Shown piece by piece: positions 9,857 to 21,100 of a stretch of 64,000 nucleotides of DNA. The position numbers were made by a program, and so were the translations under genes. This DNA is from Bacteroidales bacterium. GTDB taxonomy: Bacteria > Bacteroidota > Bacteroidia > Bacteroidales > UBA932. The first letter of the stretch is position 1. Each line of letters starts with the position of its first letter. Where the stretch lies: NCBI GenBank assembly GCA_017625725.1, contig JAGAKH010000092.1, positions 5,442 to 69,441 on the forward strand, written 5' to 3'. The notes under the pieces are model-generated. The model had not been told where the DNA came from and did no database searches. It was given only the letters and a program-made list of their open reading frames with translations.

Positions 9857-11608
9857 ATGAACACGATATACAACAGACTGGCAATATTTGCTGTAACAGC
9901 ATTGACGTTTACCTTCTCTGCCGGCAACTCATATGTTCAGGCACAAGAGTACACCAACACTCCGGTTACCATATCCAAAGAAAAGGTCAGAGTAAATGGA
10001 AAACTATGCTGGTCACATATCGTTTTGGAAAGACAGACATTGTATTCAATAAGCAAGGCATACAATGTAAGCATTGACGACATAATAAGATTCAACCCGA
10101 GCATTAAGGAAAACGGGCTGAAAAAGAATTCTATAATCATCATTCCTTCTGAAGATGCGTTATCTGAGACCAAGCCGAAGGTTGAAGCTGAAGTCAAGGA
10201 TACAGTGGCCATAAAGCAGGAGGAGATCAAGACCAAACCGGAGATCAAGAAAAAAGAAAATCCGAGACAGGTCAAACGTGAAGACAGGAGGAAAACCCAC
10301 ACAGTAAAATGGTTTGAAGACCTTGATGTCATTGCGGCACAATATGGCGTCTCAGCGGAAGCTCTGATGTGGATGAACAATCTCGAAGGAAGAAAGCTGA
10401 AGAGCCGTCAGAAGCTTCTTATTCCCAACTCTGGTGAGTATGAAGATGCTCAAAAGACCATGAAAGAACTGGAAGATGATACTCAGGCAGACAGCATTGC
10501 CGTTGCTGACACAACACCTGTCATTCCACGTGAACAGATCAGGAAAGAGCCTGTCCTGTTTCCAAAAAGCAAAGTAACGGCTACAGTTCTGCTGCCGCTG
10601 AAATCCGGAGAAGGCCCAGGAAGCAGAAACAACATGGACTTCTACAGCGGAGTCCTGCTTGCCGCATATGACCTGGGCAATGAAGGAATCAGTGCAGACA
10701 TCAACATTGTAGACATCGCGGACGGTAAGATGGAGATTCCTGAGGACGCCCTGGAAGACAGCGACTTATTCATCGGTCCCGTTTCTTCCGGAGATATACA
10801 AAGGTTCCGAAGTCACGCCGGCAAGGACAAGATCATCATATCGCCACTCGACCCGAGAGTTGAAGCTATCGCGGCGGTTGATTCAAACATCATACAGATT
10901 CCTACCCCACACAGGATTCAGTTCAACGACCTGATCAGGTGGTTCGAAAAAGACATGCAACCCTCAGACAAAGCATTGATAATCACCGAAAAAGGTGCAA
11001 GAACAACTGACGCAGCCAGCATGCTCATAGCCTCCGCTGAATCTTCAGCAATAGATTTTGCACATTTCTCATACAGCATCCTCGAAGGAAGGGACATCAT
11101 GGAGCCGTTGACCGGACTCATGACAGAAACCGGTGTGAACCGTGTCTTAATAGCATCAGAAAGCGAAGCATTTGTAAATGATGTCATCAGAAACATCAAT
11201 CTTCTCATATACAACAAATTCAACGTAGTCCTCTACGGACCTGCAAAGATCCGTAACTTCGAAACAATTGAAGTTGAGAATTTCCATAATTCCAGGCTTC
11301 ATGTCAGCCTGAACTACCACATCAACTACGATGACCCTAGGGTTCAGAAGTTCCTTATGAAATACAGGGCCTTGTACAATACCGAGCCAAGCCAATTTGC
11401 ATTTCAGGGCTACGATATAGCAAACTACTTCATCAGACTTTGCTACCGCTTTGGCAACAGATGGCCGGAAATGCTGGAAAAGGCCGGTGCTGAGATGCTG
11501 CAAAGCACCTTCAGATGCAAAAGAGTGGATAACGGCGGATTCATCAACAACGGTGTACGCAAAGTCGTCTATACCGAAGGCTACGGCGTCGTCATTCAGA
11601 ATAACTGA
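9857..11608 (+). CDS. Secreted LysM + periplasmic-binding-protein-like domain protein
   Basis: Signal peptide; two LysM-like repeats (HIVLERQTLYSISKAYNVS, HTVKWFEDLDVIAAQYGVS); VLLP...DFYSG...IGP...GYD C-terminal domain. Confidence 0.8.
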   Translation: MNTIYNRLAIFAVTALTFTFSAGNSYVQAQEYTNTPVTISKEKVRVNGKLCWSHIVLERQTLYSISKAYNVSIDDIIRFNPSIKENGLKKNSIIIIPSEDALSETKPKVEAEVKDTVAIKQEEIKTKPEIKKKENPRQVKREDRRKTHTVKWFEDLDVIAAQYGVSAEALMWMNNLEGRKLKSRQKLLIPNSGEYEDAQKTMKELEDDTQADSIAVADTTPVIPREQIRKEPVLFPKSKVTATVLLPLKSGEGPGSRNNMDFYSGVLLAAYDLGNEGISADINIVDIADGKMEIPEDALEDSDLFIGPVSSGDIQRFRSHAGKDKIIISPLDPRVEAIAAVDSNIIQIPTPHRIQFNDLIRWFEKDMQPSDKALIITEKGARTTDAASMLIASAESSAIDFAHFSYSILEGRDIMEPLTGLMTETGVNRVLIASESEAFVNDVIRNINLLIYNKFNVVLYGPAKIRNFETIEVENFHNSRLHVSLNYHINYDDPRVQKFLMKYRALYNTEPSQFAFQGYDIANYFIRLCYRFGNRWPEMLEKAGAEMLQSTFRCKRVDNGGFINNGVRKVVYTEGYGVVIQNN

Positions 11609-12929
11609 TCTGAAGAGTGATGTTCTGTCCCTCAATGGTCATAGACGTCACATAACCATCCTCATCAAAACCGTATTGCAAAGGGACATTCTTCATACCC
11701 ACCAGACCTGACGCCATCTGTACGGCAGTCGGCAGATTAACTGAACTCACATCTGCAAGTCCCATCATTACCGGGAAGAAGATGAAAGGATCATCCTTGA
11801 AGCTAAGTGCAGTGTAAAGAACAATCGGATCCAATGCAAACGGATTATTCTTCAATGCAGTATCCCCATAGACATAAGGCGTATTATAGACTCTTGAGAA
11901 ATTTCCGGATTCGTCGTATTCATACCAGAACGCATAGAGTGTCCTGCCATCCTTGTATAGATATGTGATGTCGGTAAGTCTTCCATCGACATATACCCAG
12001 TCATAGCTCATATCAAAGATCTTGTTCTGTGTACCGATACGGGTCACGTCTGACTTGACTACCCTTCCATTCTCACAGGAATAAGAGGCCCCGGAATTAA
12101 GGGTAATGTTCTCTGAAGGAAGACCGTCAAACATAAGGGAGTGCTCACTCGTCCGGTTGAACTCACATGATCTATCTTCTGTATACACACCGGCCTCATA
12201 AGTTCCCTCACTGATAGTTAAGCTCGTAAGATAATCATTCTCATCATATTCCATCATCCACCTGTTATATGCATATACCGGAGCAAAATATGGAGAAACC
12301 AAAGTGAACGAATCCAGCTTCTTCCTTACGGTTATGATCAGATTCTCCGTCACTAGTTTTGATTCAGAACCCCGTTCTATCAAAAGTGAGGCTTTTCCTC
12401 TATCAACATCTGCTGGAATGGTCACTGATATTCCTGTACCGGAAAGGATATAATCAAGATAAACGGCATCACCTGAAGATGGTACCAGACATACCTTATA
12501 ATACTCATCGAAACCGTCTCCCTCGATAGTCATCGTTTCTCCTGCAGCAACTAGATCCGGGACATTGATTCCGGTTACACTGAATTCACGTTCCAGAACT
12601 TCAATCTGTCCCAACTCACGATCTCCATTCACCAGGACCAAGGTATAGTGTCCCGGGTCCGTATTCTCCGGAATGGTAAACAGGAGTCCCGATGCGGAAA
12701 GAAAATCAACTGAAACAGAGATCGTGTTTCCTGATGAAGATTTCAGATAAAGCTCCGTATCCTCAGAAAAGCCCGGCCAACGGACTATGACTTCTGCTCC
12801 CGGACGGGCAGAAGACTGAAGATTGCATTCTACATCAACATTCTTGTCATACTCAGAATCATTCCCTTCTTTTTCTACACAGGAAATCACCAAAAAAGCC
12901 GACAAAAGCAATATGACCCTTATTTTCAT
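11592..12929 (-). CDS. Hypothetical lipoprotein with Ig/IPT-like N-terminal domains and a beta-rich YD-like C-terminal domain
   Basis: Lipobox VISC; YDENDYLT, YDESGN and FDEDGYVT turns; last gene of the SusCD locus. Confidence 0.6.
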   Translation of the reverse strand: MKIRVILLLSAFLVISCVEKEGNDSEYDKNVDVECNLQSSARPGAEVIVRWPGFSEDTELYLKSSSGNTISVSVDFLSASGLLFTIPENTDPGHYTLVLVNGDRELGQIEVLEREFSVTGINVPDLVAAGETMTIEGDGFDEYYKVCLVPSSGDAVYLDYILSGTGISVTIPADVDRGKASLLIERGSESKLVTENLIITVRKKLDSFTLVSPYFAPVYAYNRWMMEYDENDYLTSLTISEGTYEAGVYTEDRSCEFNRTSEHSLMFDGLPSENITLNSGASYSCENGRVVKSDVTRIGTQNKIFDMSYDWVYVDGRLTDITYLYKDGRTLYAFWYEYDESGNFSRVYNTPYVYGDTALKNNPFALDPIVLYTALSFKDDPFIFFPVMMGLADVSSVNLPTAVQMASGLVGMKNVPLQYGFDEDGYVTSMTIEGQNITLQISYSE

Positions 12930-12936
12930 AACCTGA

Positions 12937-14295
12937 TTATCTGATTCCTTCCAATGACTCGAGATATGCAGCCGTATCCTCAGATGACGGTCTGGTCATT
13001 TCAGGATTGATTATCACACCATCCCTATCCAGAAGGATAAATCTAGGAATACCCTCAATATTATATGATTTCTGGAACTCACTCCTTGGGCCAAGGTAGA
13101 GCTGGACACCACTCAATGCTCCGCTTCTGACCATGTCTTCCCACTTCTCCTTGCTTCCATCCACAGATAGTCCCAAAAAAGTGATGGCAGCGCCCTCGAA
13201 CTTCTGCTCAAGTTCCTTCAGGAACGGAAACTCCTTTCTGCACGGATTACACCATGTAGCCCAGAGATCGATATACACATATTTACCCTTGAAATCAGCC
13301 AGAGTATAGGTCTTCCCTGCAATATCCGCAGCGACGAAGTCAGGAGAAGGTTTTCCAGGTTTAGCCCTGTCCCACTTATCATAACTTTTCTGGAATTCGG
13401 CTTTCAGGAGAGGATCCGAAACATAAGTCCTATGCAGGTTCAACATATCCTGGATATCATCTATGCCAAAGAAGCTGACATACGAAACCGCTATATAATT
13501 GATCAAGGTCTGTCTGGTCTTCTCATCCTTGAAATTATCAGCCACGAAACTCATCTGAGCGAGAGATTTCCTATATGGTTCTGTCACGTCCCTGCTTTCA
13601 GGATCAAGGATATGGGCAAGCTCAACCATGAAATTACGGTACTCATCCAGATCTGCCCACTTAGGATTCTCAACAAGATAATCACGTACCCTATCGTAGT
13701 ATCCGCCATCAGGTCTCCATGTCGGATCACCTGACATCATAGGATGCCCAACCGGATACATGAGCATCATATTGCCGTACATGTATCTGATTCGACCGGT
13801 CTCCCTATCGATAAAGTCACCACAGGATTTCAGCTGATGCATCTTCATGAGCTTTACCGCCTCCTGCTCCTTCCTCTTCAATGCCTCTGCAAATTCATCC
13901 AATGGAAGAGCATAGCTATCGTCAGGAAGAGGTGTATAGACTATCGTATTGAGATAGTCTACTGCCGGGGCCTTGCTGCCTTCAAAAGCAAAAGTACCCT
14001 CAAAATTCTTTCCGTCAAAAGAGATACGGGCCCTGTCTCCCTTTTCAAGATAAATGAGACGGGTCTGAGAACCGTAATAAACACGGGCATAAACTGCATC
14101 AACACCTTCATTGATGAATTCACCATGGCCGTTTTCGTCAAGGCCGATTTCATTAACTGCCCCGTGACTGACCAGAACCACATTTTTGGCAATCGGATCA
14201 GTTACATCAAATGTCAGCTGTATATCCTCAGCCAGAGGACCGCTGCATGCAGATGCAAGAACTGCAGCAATAAACGTAAAGAATAAGTTTTTCAT
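12937..14295 (-). CDS. TlpA-family thiol-disulfide oxidoreductase lipoprotein
   Basis: Lipobox ASAC after MKNLFF (start 14295 preferred to 14346); IDLWATWCNPC and IPRF motifs. Confidence 0.85.
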   Translation of the reverse strand: MKNLFFTFIAAVLASACSGPLAEDIQLTFDVTDPIAKNVVLVSHGAVNEIGLDENGHGEFINEGVDAVYARVYYGSQTRLIYLEKGDRARISFDGKNFEGTFAFEGSKAPAVDYLNTIVYTPLPDDSYALPLDEFAEALKRKEQEAVKLMKMHQLKSCGDFIDRETGRIRYMYGNMMLMYPVGHPMMSGDPTWRPDGGYYDRVRDYLVENPKWADLDEYRNFMVELAHILDPESRDVTEPYRKSLAQMSFVADNFKDEKTRQTLINYIAVSYVSFFGIDDIQDMLNLHRTYVSDPLLKAEFQKSYDKWDRAKPGKPSPDFVAADIAGKTYTLADFKGKYVYIDLWATWCNPCRKEFPFLKELEQKFEGAAITFLGLSVDGSKEKWEDMVRSGALSGVQLYLGPRSEFQKSYNIEGIPRFILLDRDGVIINPEMTRPSSEDTAAYLESLEGIR

Positions 14296-14317
14296 ATAAT
14301 TGCGTCTATACATAATA

Positions 14318-15883
14318 TCAATATATCCTTTCCTTATAAGTAACATCGACTATTTCAGCAAAACCCTCATATACCACCGGAGTAACTTTTGAGAAGTCTC
14401 CGTCAGACTGCTGTCCTTCATAAACTCTCAGGACACCTTCTCCACCCTTCGTACCCGCCACAATCAAATCGTATGAACGGGACATATTCTCATCCTTCTG
14501 ATACAGATTGAATTTAAGACATGTTATCTTCTCTCCAGGGAAAGTAAGCTGAGTTTCCGAAACCAGAGGTGTTTTCGAAAGGTCGACTCTGTAGAGGGTC
14601 TCCCCCGATACATAATACATATAACTCTTCAACGAACTGAAAGCGAAGAGGTTGCCTGGCTCTGCTATATCTTTACAGCCTGTAAGGTCACCATAATACC
14701 CCTTTCCAATGACATAAGTACAGTCGGCATATCGAAGGATATCACCCATCTGGACACCATAAAGGTGGACCTCATCACCGTCAGTCAGCAAAGCATAGGT
14801 CATTCCCATTTTTGCATTACCAGGATCATAACTCGTATTCTCCATATAAAGGCAGTCCATGCCCTCCGGCCATTCGTCAAAGGCCGAGCCGATCATTCCG
14901 GCACCGGGAGCCATACCCTCCGCGAGATTCTTCATTTCATCCATGGTCTGCAATGGACTCAGGCTACCTAAGTCAGGTGTCACCAGAAGAGGGCAATAGG
15001 ACATGAATCTCTGGTTATCAACATCATAAAGAAGGAATACTGCAGCATATACCTGAGTCGCCAACACATTGGTACCCACATATCGAGACACATCGAAATC
15101 CTTGTTTACCGCACTTCCATAAAGACCGTCTATACCCATACCAGACTCGCAATGATAGGCCTTACCATCACTTACTATCACCTTTCCGAAACCGGCAGGA
15201 ACAATTGCATACGGCCTCAGGTCAGCAGACTCCGCTGATTCGTAGGAAAAAAGATATTCCTGCTTCCATTCAAAGGCATCCTTTCCCAGACGGGTAGCTC
15301 CATCATCTGTGAGAAGATAATATGGAGATGAGACATCTGCCTTGTCGGAAAGCCACTGGATTCTTCTAGGACCGTACATTTCAGGCATCCCGCTTTCCGA
15401 AAGTACATCTTCATACAATTCACCAGTAACAGCCGACACCATGTCCAATCTTGCACGTCCGCCATCTGAACAGAGAACCATCCATCCCTCCGACATTGAA
15501 GAACTGACTATCAGACTGGATTCAGACTGCCAATAAAGTGCCGTAGTCTTCTGAGTCACAGTAAAATACAGAGCATACGATCCGGGGTTCAGCCTGACTT
15601 CATAATCGAGTTTACGCTCCGTACCCAATATGGTGGTCTCATAGGTACCGTTTCTGTCGATAGCCTTCCATTCAAAGCTGTATGCATCCTCTTCAAGGGC
15701 ATTTTCTCCTAAATCAGGATTCATGACAAGCCTGTCGAACGTGAGTACCTCCTTATCTTCAAGCCCCTTGATATCAAGCTCGGCCAGCTCATGATACTGA
15801 TAATTGCCAAGATCCTCCGCACAAGACAAAAGCATGGCGGAGACAGACATGATCATTATGTTTCTTATACAGGACTTCATCAT
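14318..15883 (-). CDS. PKD-like family lipoprotein
   Basis: LLSC lipobox followed by EDLGNYQY, which is typical of this family; position after DUF4843. Confidence 0.75.
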   Translation of the reverse strand: MMKSCIRNIMIMSVSAMLLSCAEDLGNYQYHELAELDIKGLEDKEVLTFDRLVMNPDLGENALEEDAYSFEWKAIDRNGTYETTILGTERKLDYEVRLNPGSYALYFTVTQKTTALYWQSESSLIVSSSMSEGWMVLCSDGGRARLDMVSAVTGELYEDVLSESGMPEMYGPRRIQWLSDKADVSSPYYLLTDDGATRLGKDAFEWKQEYLFSYESAESADLRPYAIVPAGFGKVIVSDGKAYHCESGMGIDGLYGSAVNKDFDVSRYVGTNVLATQVYAAVFLLYDVDNQRFMSYCPLLVTPDLGSLSPLQTMDEMKNLAEGMAPGAGMIGSAFDEWPEGMDCLYMENTSYDPGNAKMGMTYALLTDGDEVHLYGVQMGDILRYADCTYVIGKGYYGDLTGCKDIAEPGNLFAFSSLKSYMYYVSGETLYRVDLSKTPLVSETQLTFPGEKITCLKFNLYQKDENMSRSYDLIVAGTKGGEGVLRVYEGQQSDGDFSKVTPVVYEGFAEIVDVTYKERIY

Positions 15884-16641
15884 TTCAAATTAAAAACCAT
15901 TGGCAGACCTGTGGCCTGGTCTATTATTTCTTCATCATATGGTTGGCCGGCAATCCTTTTTTCATTTTCCGACCTTACATACGAGGTCATTTCGCTGCCT
16001 ATATACACCAGTTTCGCCAATGTGATCTTTGACGTATCATTGAAATCAGCAGGATCTATCTCCAATACCCTGCAAATGAGTTCGAACTTCTGCTGAGTGA
16101 ATGTGCCTATCTCTCTTTCGCTCCATGCAAGCGGTGCCTTTGTAAACATATCAGAGAAATAAATCCGGCATTTCAATGTCGTTACCGTATCACCAAGCTG
16201 GATCATTTCCTTTATAGGAAGACGGAAATGTTCATTGGAATGGATCTGCATCCTGAGCATCTTGGTCTCTGATTTCAAGGCAGGGGTTCTGACAAGACGG
16301 ACGATATAATCAAATTCCGTAGCTCCCGCCGGCAGAACCGATTCAGATGGAAGTATGTAATCGACTCCCTCCGATGCATTGTCGGAACTGACTGTTATAT
16401 GCACCGGACGATCCATTTCGGAAGGTCTTCCCACCAGCTGGACCTTGACAGGCACCTCAAGTTCCTTGCCTGCTTCATAGACAAATGTATAGCCAAGGCT
16501 GTCTGTCAATGCCATAGATCCTGTCCTGTTGTTGAAATACACTCCGCTGATATCGTGGAAATGTGTCGGATTTACTTCTTCACACGAAACCGCAAGGATT
16601 GCAAGAACTACTGCAAAAATATATGTAAAACAATTCTTCAT
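15880..16641 (-). CDS. DUF4843-family lipoprotein
   Basis: AVSC lipobox; VQLVG..DRPV, A.EGVDY and P..W...GTFT..KF motifs; follows SusD. Confidence 0.72.
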   Translation of the reverse strand: MKNCFTYIFAVVLAILAVSCEEVNPTHFHDISGVYFNNRTGSMALTDSLGYTFVYEAGKELEVPVKVQLVGRPSEMDRPVHITVSSDNASEGVDYILPSESVLPAGATEFDYIVRLVRTPALKSETKMLRMQIHSNEHFRLPIKEMIQLGDTVTTLKCRIYFSDMFTKAPLAWSEREIGTFTQQKFELICRVLEIDPADFNDTSKITLAKLVYIGSEMTSYVRSENEKRIAGQPYDEEIIDQATGLPMVFNLK

Positions 16642-16653
16642 ACAATTTCCGGA

Positions 16654-18126
16654 TTAATTCTCGATCTCAGAATCTGGCAGAGGAATGACAAAGACCTTAT
16701 CCTCAGGTTCAACAGGTCCGCCGGCCTGCGAAGACCGGAGTATCGGACTGAACATTCTCTTGTACATGAAGAAGATCTGTCCCTCACCATAGAGTTCCCT
16801 GATATATTCATACTGGAGATTTTCACGTGTCAAGGCAGACAATGGATTCACTCCTCTGTAGCTTCTCAAAGTATTCACATACGAAAGGCCTGCCGATATA
16901 TCCTCCGACTTGGCCTCTGCTGCAATCAGATACATCTCTCCAAGACGAATCATAGGTATCATCGTATTGCGGATATTTCCAGTATCCACCATATCGGAAT
17001 ATTTATAGAAATAACGATTGGCCCCGGTAGCCACCCAGTTGACCCTGTAACGATAGTCATCAAGGCTGCCTCCTGTAGTCATGCCTCCACCATAAATCAT
17101 ATTGCTCATCATTTCATTATCCATCCTGAACACGAAATTCGGGATACGGCTGGGATCATAATAATCCTTGAACAATGAGTTTCTCTGGGAGTGGGAAAGA
17201 GCAAAGATAACCTCAGACGAGAATATTCTATCCGGATCATCTGGAGATCCCGTAACAAGAGACTTGTCAACAAAACTGATGACACCGTTCTTTGCCGCTT
17301 CTATAACCTCCAACGCATATCTGAGAGCCGATTCCTTGTTTCCAAAATACAGGGCGGATCTTGCAAGAAGGGCTGTTACTGCGTAATAGTTAAGTCTCAG
17401 ACTTCTATATTTCATGAAGACAGAAGTTCCGCTGCCGACATCATCCATCATCATTCCATCTGTTCTGACCGGATCCTGCGACAGAAGGATACGGGCTTCC
17501 ATAAGATCATGCCAGATGAGTTCGGCAATCTCGACTGCTGGCCTTATGGGCTGTGGTTCCATGGAATATGCTTTATAATAAGGAATCGACTGCTGACTGG
17601 AATTCCGTGAAAAGACCGGTCCGAAGAGCCTCAGCATATCGAAATGAAGCATCGCCCTCAAAGCCAGAGCCTCGCCCTTGATCACATTGAAATTATCTTC
17701 CGTAAAAAGATGTCTGCTGCCCTCGATGTTTTCCAGAAGCAGATTACAGTTAAGTATCAGAGAATAAGCCTTGTTCCAGGTCTCATTCAGCCTTGCACGC
17801 CAATAGTCTGAGCCATACTTATATTCAGAAAGATCCCTGTAGTTGCCCCACACGGCATTGTCGCTTCCTATCACATAGGCACCGCCCATTATTTCAACCA
17901 TCTCAACAGAAAGGGCTCCTCCGTAAAGCATGTCACGGTTCAGTTCAATATAGATTCCGTTGAGCAGCTTCATGTATCCCTCCTCTGTAGAAAGAAGGTC
18001 ATCCTCAGCAATCTTGTCATATGGCTTGACATCAAGCCACTCGGAACACCCTGTTGTCAGAATAAGGCAGACAGAAGCAGCCAGAACATATAATATATTT
18101 CGTCTCATAATCTTCATCTCCCTCAA
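16654..18126 (-). CDS. SusD/RagB nutrient-binding lipoprotein
   Basis: C-SEWLDVKP, GEALALRAMLHFDMLRLFG, IRLGEMYLIAAE and ELYGEG motifs. Confidence 0.93.
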   Translation of the reverse strand: MREMKIMRRNILYVLAASVCLILTTGCSEWLDVKPYDKIAEDDLLSTEEGYMKLLNGIYIELNRDMLYGGALSVEMVEIMGGAYVIGSDNAVWGNYRDLSEYKYGSDYWRARLNETWNKAYSLILNCNLLLENIEGSRHLFTEDNFNVIKGEALALRAMLHFDMLRLFGPVFSRNSSQQSIPYYKAYSMEPQPIRPAVEIAELIWHDLMEARILLSQDPVRTDGMMMDDVGSGTSVFMKYRSLRLNYYAVTALLARSALYFGNKESALRYALEVIEAAKNGVISFVDKSLVTGSPDDPDRIFSSEVIFALSHSQRNSLFKDYYDPSRIPNFVFRMDNEMMSNMIYGGGMTTGGSLDDYRYRVNWVATGANRYFYKYSDMVDTGNIRNTMIPMIRLGEMYLIAAEAKSEDISAGLSYVNTLRSYRGVNPLSALTRENLQYEYIRELYGEGQIFFMYKRMFSPILRSSQAGGPVEPEDKVFVIPLPDSEIEN

Positions 18127-18127
18127 A

Positions 18128-21100
18128 TCAGAATGTTATTCCCAATGACATTGTTACCGAACGGGCAAAAGGATAATCTATACCCCTTTCTACCCTGACC
18201 GTCGACGCCCTGAACATGTCCGTCATTGTCAGCTGAAGGTTCAAGGCTGAAATACGTAGTCTCCTTATCATCCGGTCCGGAAATTCATATCCGATATTCA
18301 CGGACTCTCCTGTCAATGTGTTCTCATCCATAACGAAACGCGAGGACTTCTCGGTCTTCTGCACCATGGATATTCCCTTGAAATACGCTTCTCTGTTATC
18401 CGGAGACCATCTGTCATAAAGGGCGCGCTTGTCCTGGTTGTTGTATACGTCTTCAGTTCCGATGTTCTCTACCTTCTGGAAAAGAGAGGTATTGAAGACC
18501 TGTCCTCCGACTCTGTAGCGGAAATAGCATCCGACAGAAAGTCCCTTGAAATAGAGTGTCGATCCGAAAATACCTTCTACCGATGGCTGGGTATCACCCA
18601 CGACAACCTCATCTGACACGTCATAGGTCAAAGAATATGACCCATCTTTCTTTATGAACACTTCCTGACCTGTCGCAGGGTCGATTCCGGCTGACCTTAC
18701 GGCCCATATTGCAGTCGGACTTCCGCCATCATAGTACCTTGTTGTACCGACAAGAGATGACTTGCCGCTTTCATTCAAGGCACTGAATGCATTTCCGATG
18801 TCAGCATAACGGGATCTTGAATGGGCAGCATTGATGCTGATATTCCAGTTGATCCTTTCTGCAGGTCTGTATATCGGAGATATCTTGAATGTAGCCTCCC
18901 AACCCTTGGTGTGCTGTCTTCCTGCATTCATGGCGACACTTGTTACTCCCATCGAACCTCGTGTGGTTATGATTGCCAGCAAAGGATCGGTATCCTTCCA
19001 GAAATAGTCCAAGGTCAGATTCACTCTTTCCCCCCAGAATGTAAGGTCCGCACCGATATCATAGTTGACCGTCTCCTGCCAAGCAAGTTCTGCATTACCC
19101 AGGGCATTGAGAATCACTCCTGTTCCGAAGATATTCGTCATCCAGCCGTTGAACTTGTAGGTAGAGAAGGCCTGATAAGCAGAGAAATTCTGGTTGCCGG
19201 GATTTCCGACCGAACCTCTTATCTTGAAGAAAGAGAAGAAATCATTATCCTTAAGGAAATGCTCCTTGTGAACATTCCATCCGAGACCTACCGACCATGT
19301 GTTTCTGAAACGGTTTCCGGTTCCGAACATGGAAGCACCGTCAAGGCGGTAGTTGAAATCCATGAGATAGCGGTCATCATAGACATATCCACCATTCACA
19401 TAAAAGCTGACAGCCCTTTTCAAGGTCTCACGGTAATCAGGCTTTCCATCCACAGGATAACCGTTCGCAAAAGAAGGGGCATCAAACTGGTCGTCAGTGA
19501 ATCCGTTTGCAGAATAGCCATAGACATGCTGGCTGTTGTTGCTGAAGTTGAATCCTCCTACAGCATTGAGCATGTGCTTTTGTGCTATCAGCTTACCGAA
19601 TGTCACTGAAACATCTCCTTCGTAGACCAGCTGCTGGATCTGTGTACGTGAATAAAGACCTTTTTCCGTTTCACCTACTTCATCAAAAGAAGAATGCAGA
19701 GGCGAAAGGCGTGTCTGCTCGTCATCATCCGACTTAGACAATCCGAACTTTGCCCTCATACGCAGATCTTCAGTGACGAACCACTCGAAAATGAAATTAT
19801 TCGTGAATCCGAATCCACTCGCCTTATCCCAGTTATTCAGATGAGCATCCCATAAAGGATTGGTGACAGTAGAGCCGATTCCATCCTCGGAATAGTACAG
19901 ATATTTGTCAACCTTACCCAAAGCATTGTATTTCCTGTAATAAGGATTGGCATAGGCATACTCTGAAAACGAAACTGTCGGGTTGGCAGTTTCCAGATAA
20001 TCTATTGTAAGCTTATTGCTGAACTGGAATTTTCCCGTCCTGTAGATAAGGTCTACATTACCTTCAAGAGTCTGACGGTCAGAGCCTTTCATCACGCCGG
20101 CCACATTACCGTAGCTAAGACCTATACCATAACGTATCTTGTCTTCTCCTCCTTCTGCATATATATTATGCTTATGGGTCACACCTGACCTTATAGGCTC
20201 ACTTAGCCAGTATGTATCGACTCCCCTTTCTATTTCCTTCAGGCGTTCATTCCTCAACGCATCCAGCTGTATCTGTGTAAAAGGACTGCCGGACCGGTCT
20301 GTATACACACCTGCAAGTGTCTCAAACTGAAGTTTTTCACGGGCATTCATCAGATTATAATCCGTAAGGTCTGCCATTGAAAGGCCATAATCTCCCTTGT
20401 ATGACAGCTGCAGACGTCCTCTTGCCGGAGCCTTGGTCTCGATTACAACCACACCATTCGAAGCCTTCGAACCATAGATTGCAGTAGAGGCAGCATCCTT
20501 GAGAATGGTAACCGAAGCCACACGGTTCATGTTCAGATTCATGATAGTCTCAATCGTAGTCTCGAAACCGTCAAGAATGAACAGAGGCTGGTTAGGATCC
20601 GTACCGTATTCCTCTTTAAGTCCCATCACACTGGTCTTTCCACGGATCTCCACATCCGGCATCATATTAGGATTGGAGCCGAACTGGGCACTCTCCATCA
20701 TCTTGAAAGATGGATCAAGAGTCTTCAGGCTCTGAAGGACATTATTCGTTCCTACGGCCTTCAGCTGATCTGTCTTGAAAGTAGCAGACGCTCCTGTAAA
20801 ACTCTCCTTCTTTCTCTCATACACTCCGGTAACGATCACATCCTCAAGCTCTGTCGCATTCATATACATGACGATCTTTGAAAAGGAGGCTTCATTCTTA
20901 AGATTATACTCCTTCTCGACATCATCATATCCGACATATGAAAAGACTATGGTAGCAGTCTGCTTAGGAAAACGAAGCTCGTAATTACCGTCCAGATCCG
21001 TAATCACACCATATTTCTTACCCTCTACTATGACAGAAACACCAATGAGCGGGAATCCGTCAGATGAATCCGTCACGGTTCCCTTAAGCACTGCAGTACC

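Noticed and set aside
16399-19609. Long antisense ORFs (259 aa, 262 aa) opposite susC/susD
   Set aside because: Shadow ORFs with no recognisable motifs, opposite well-supported genes.
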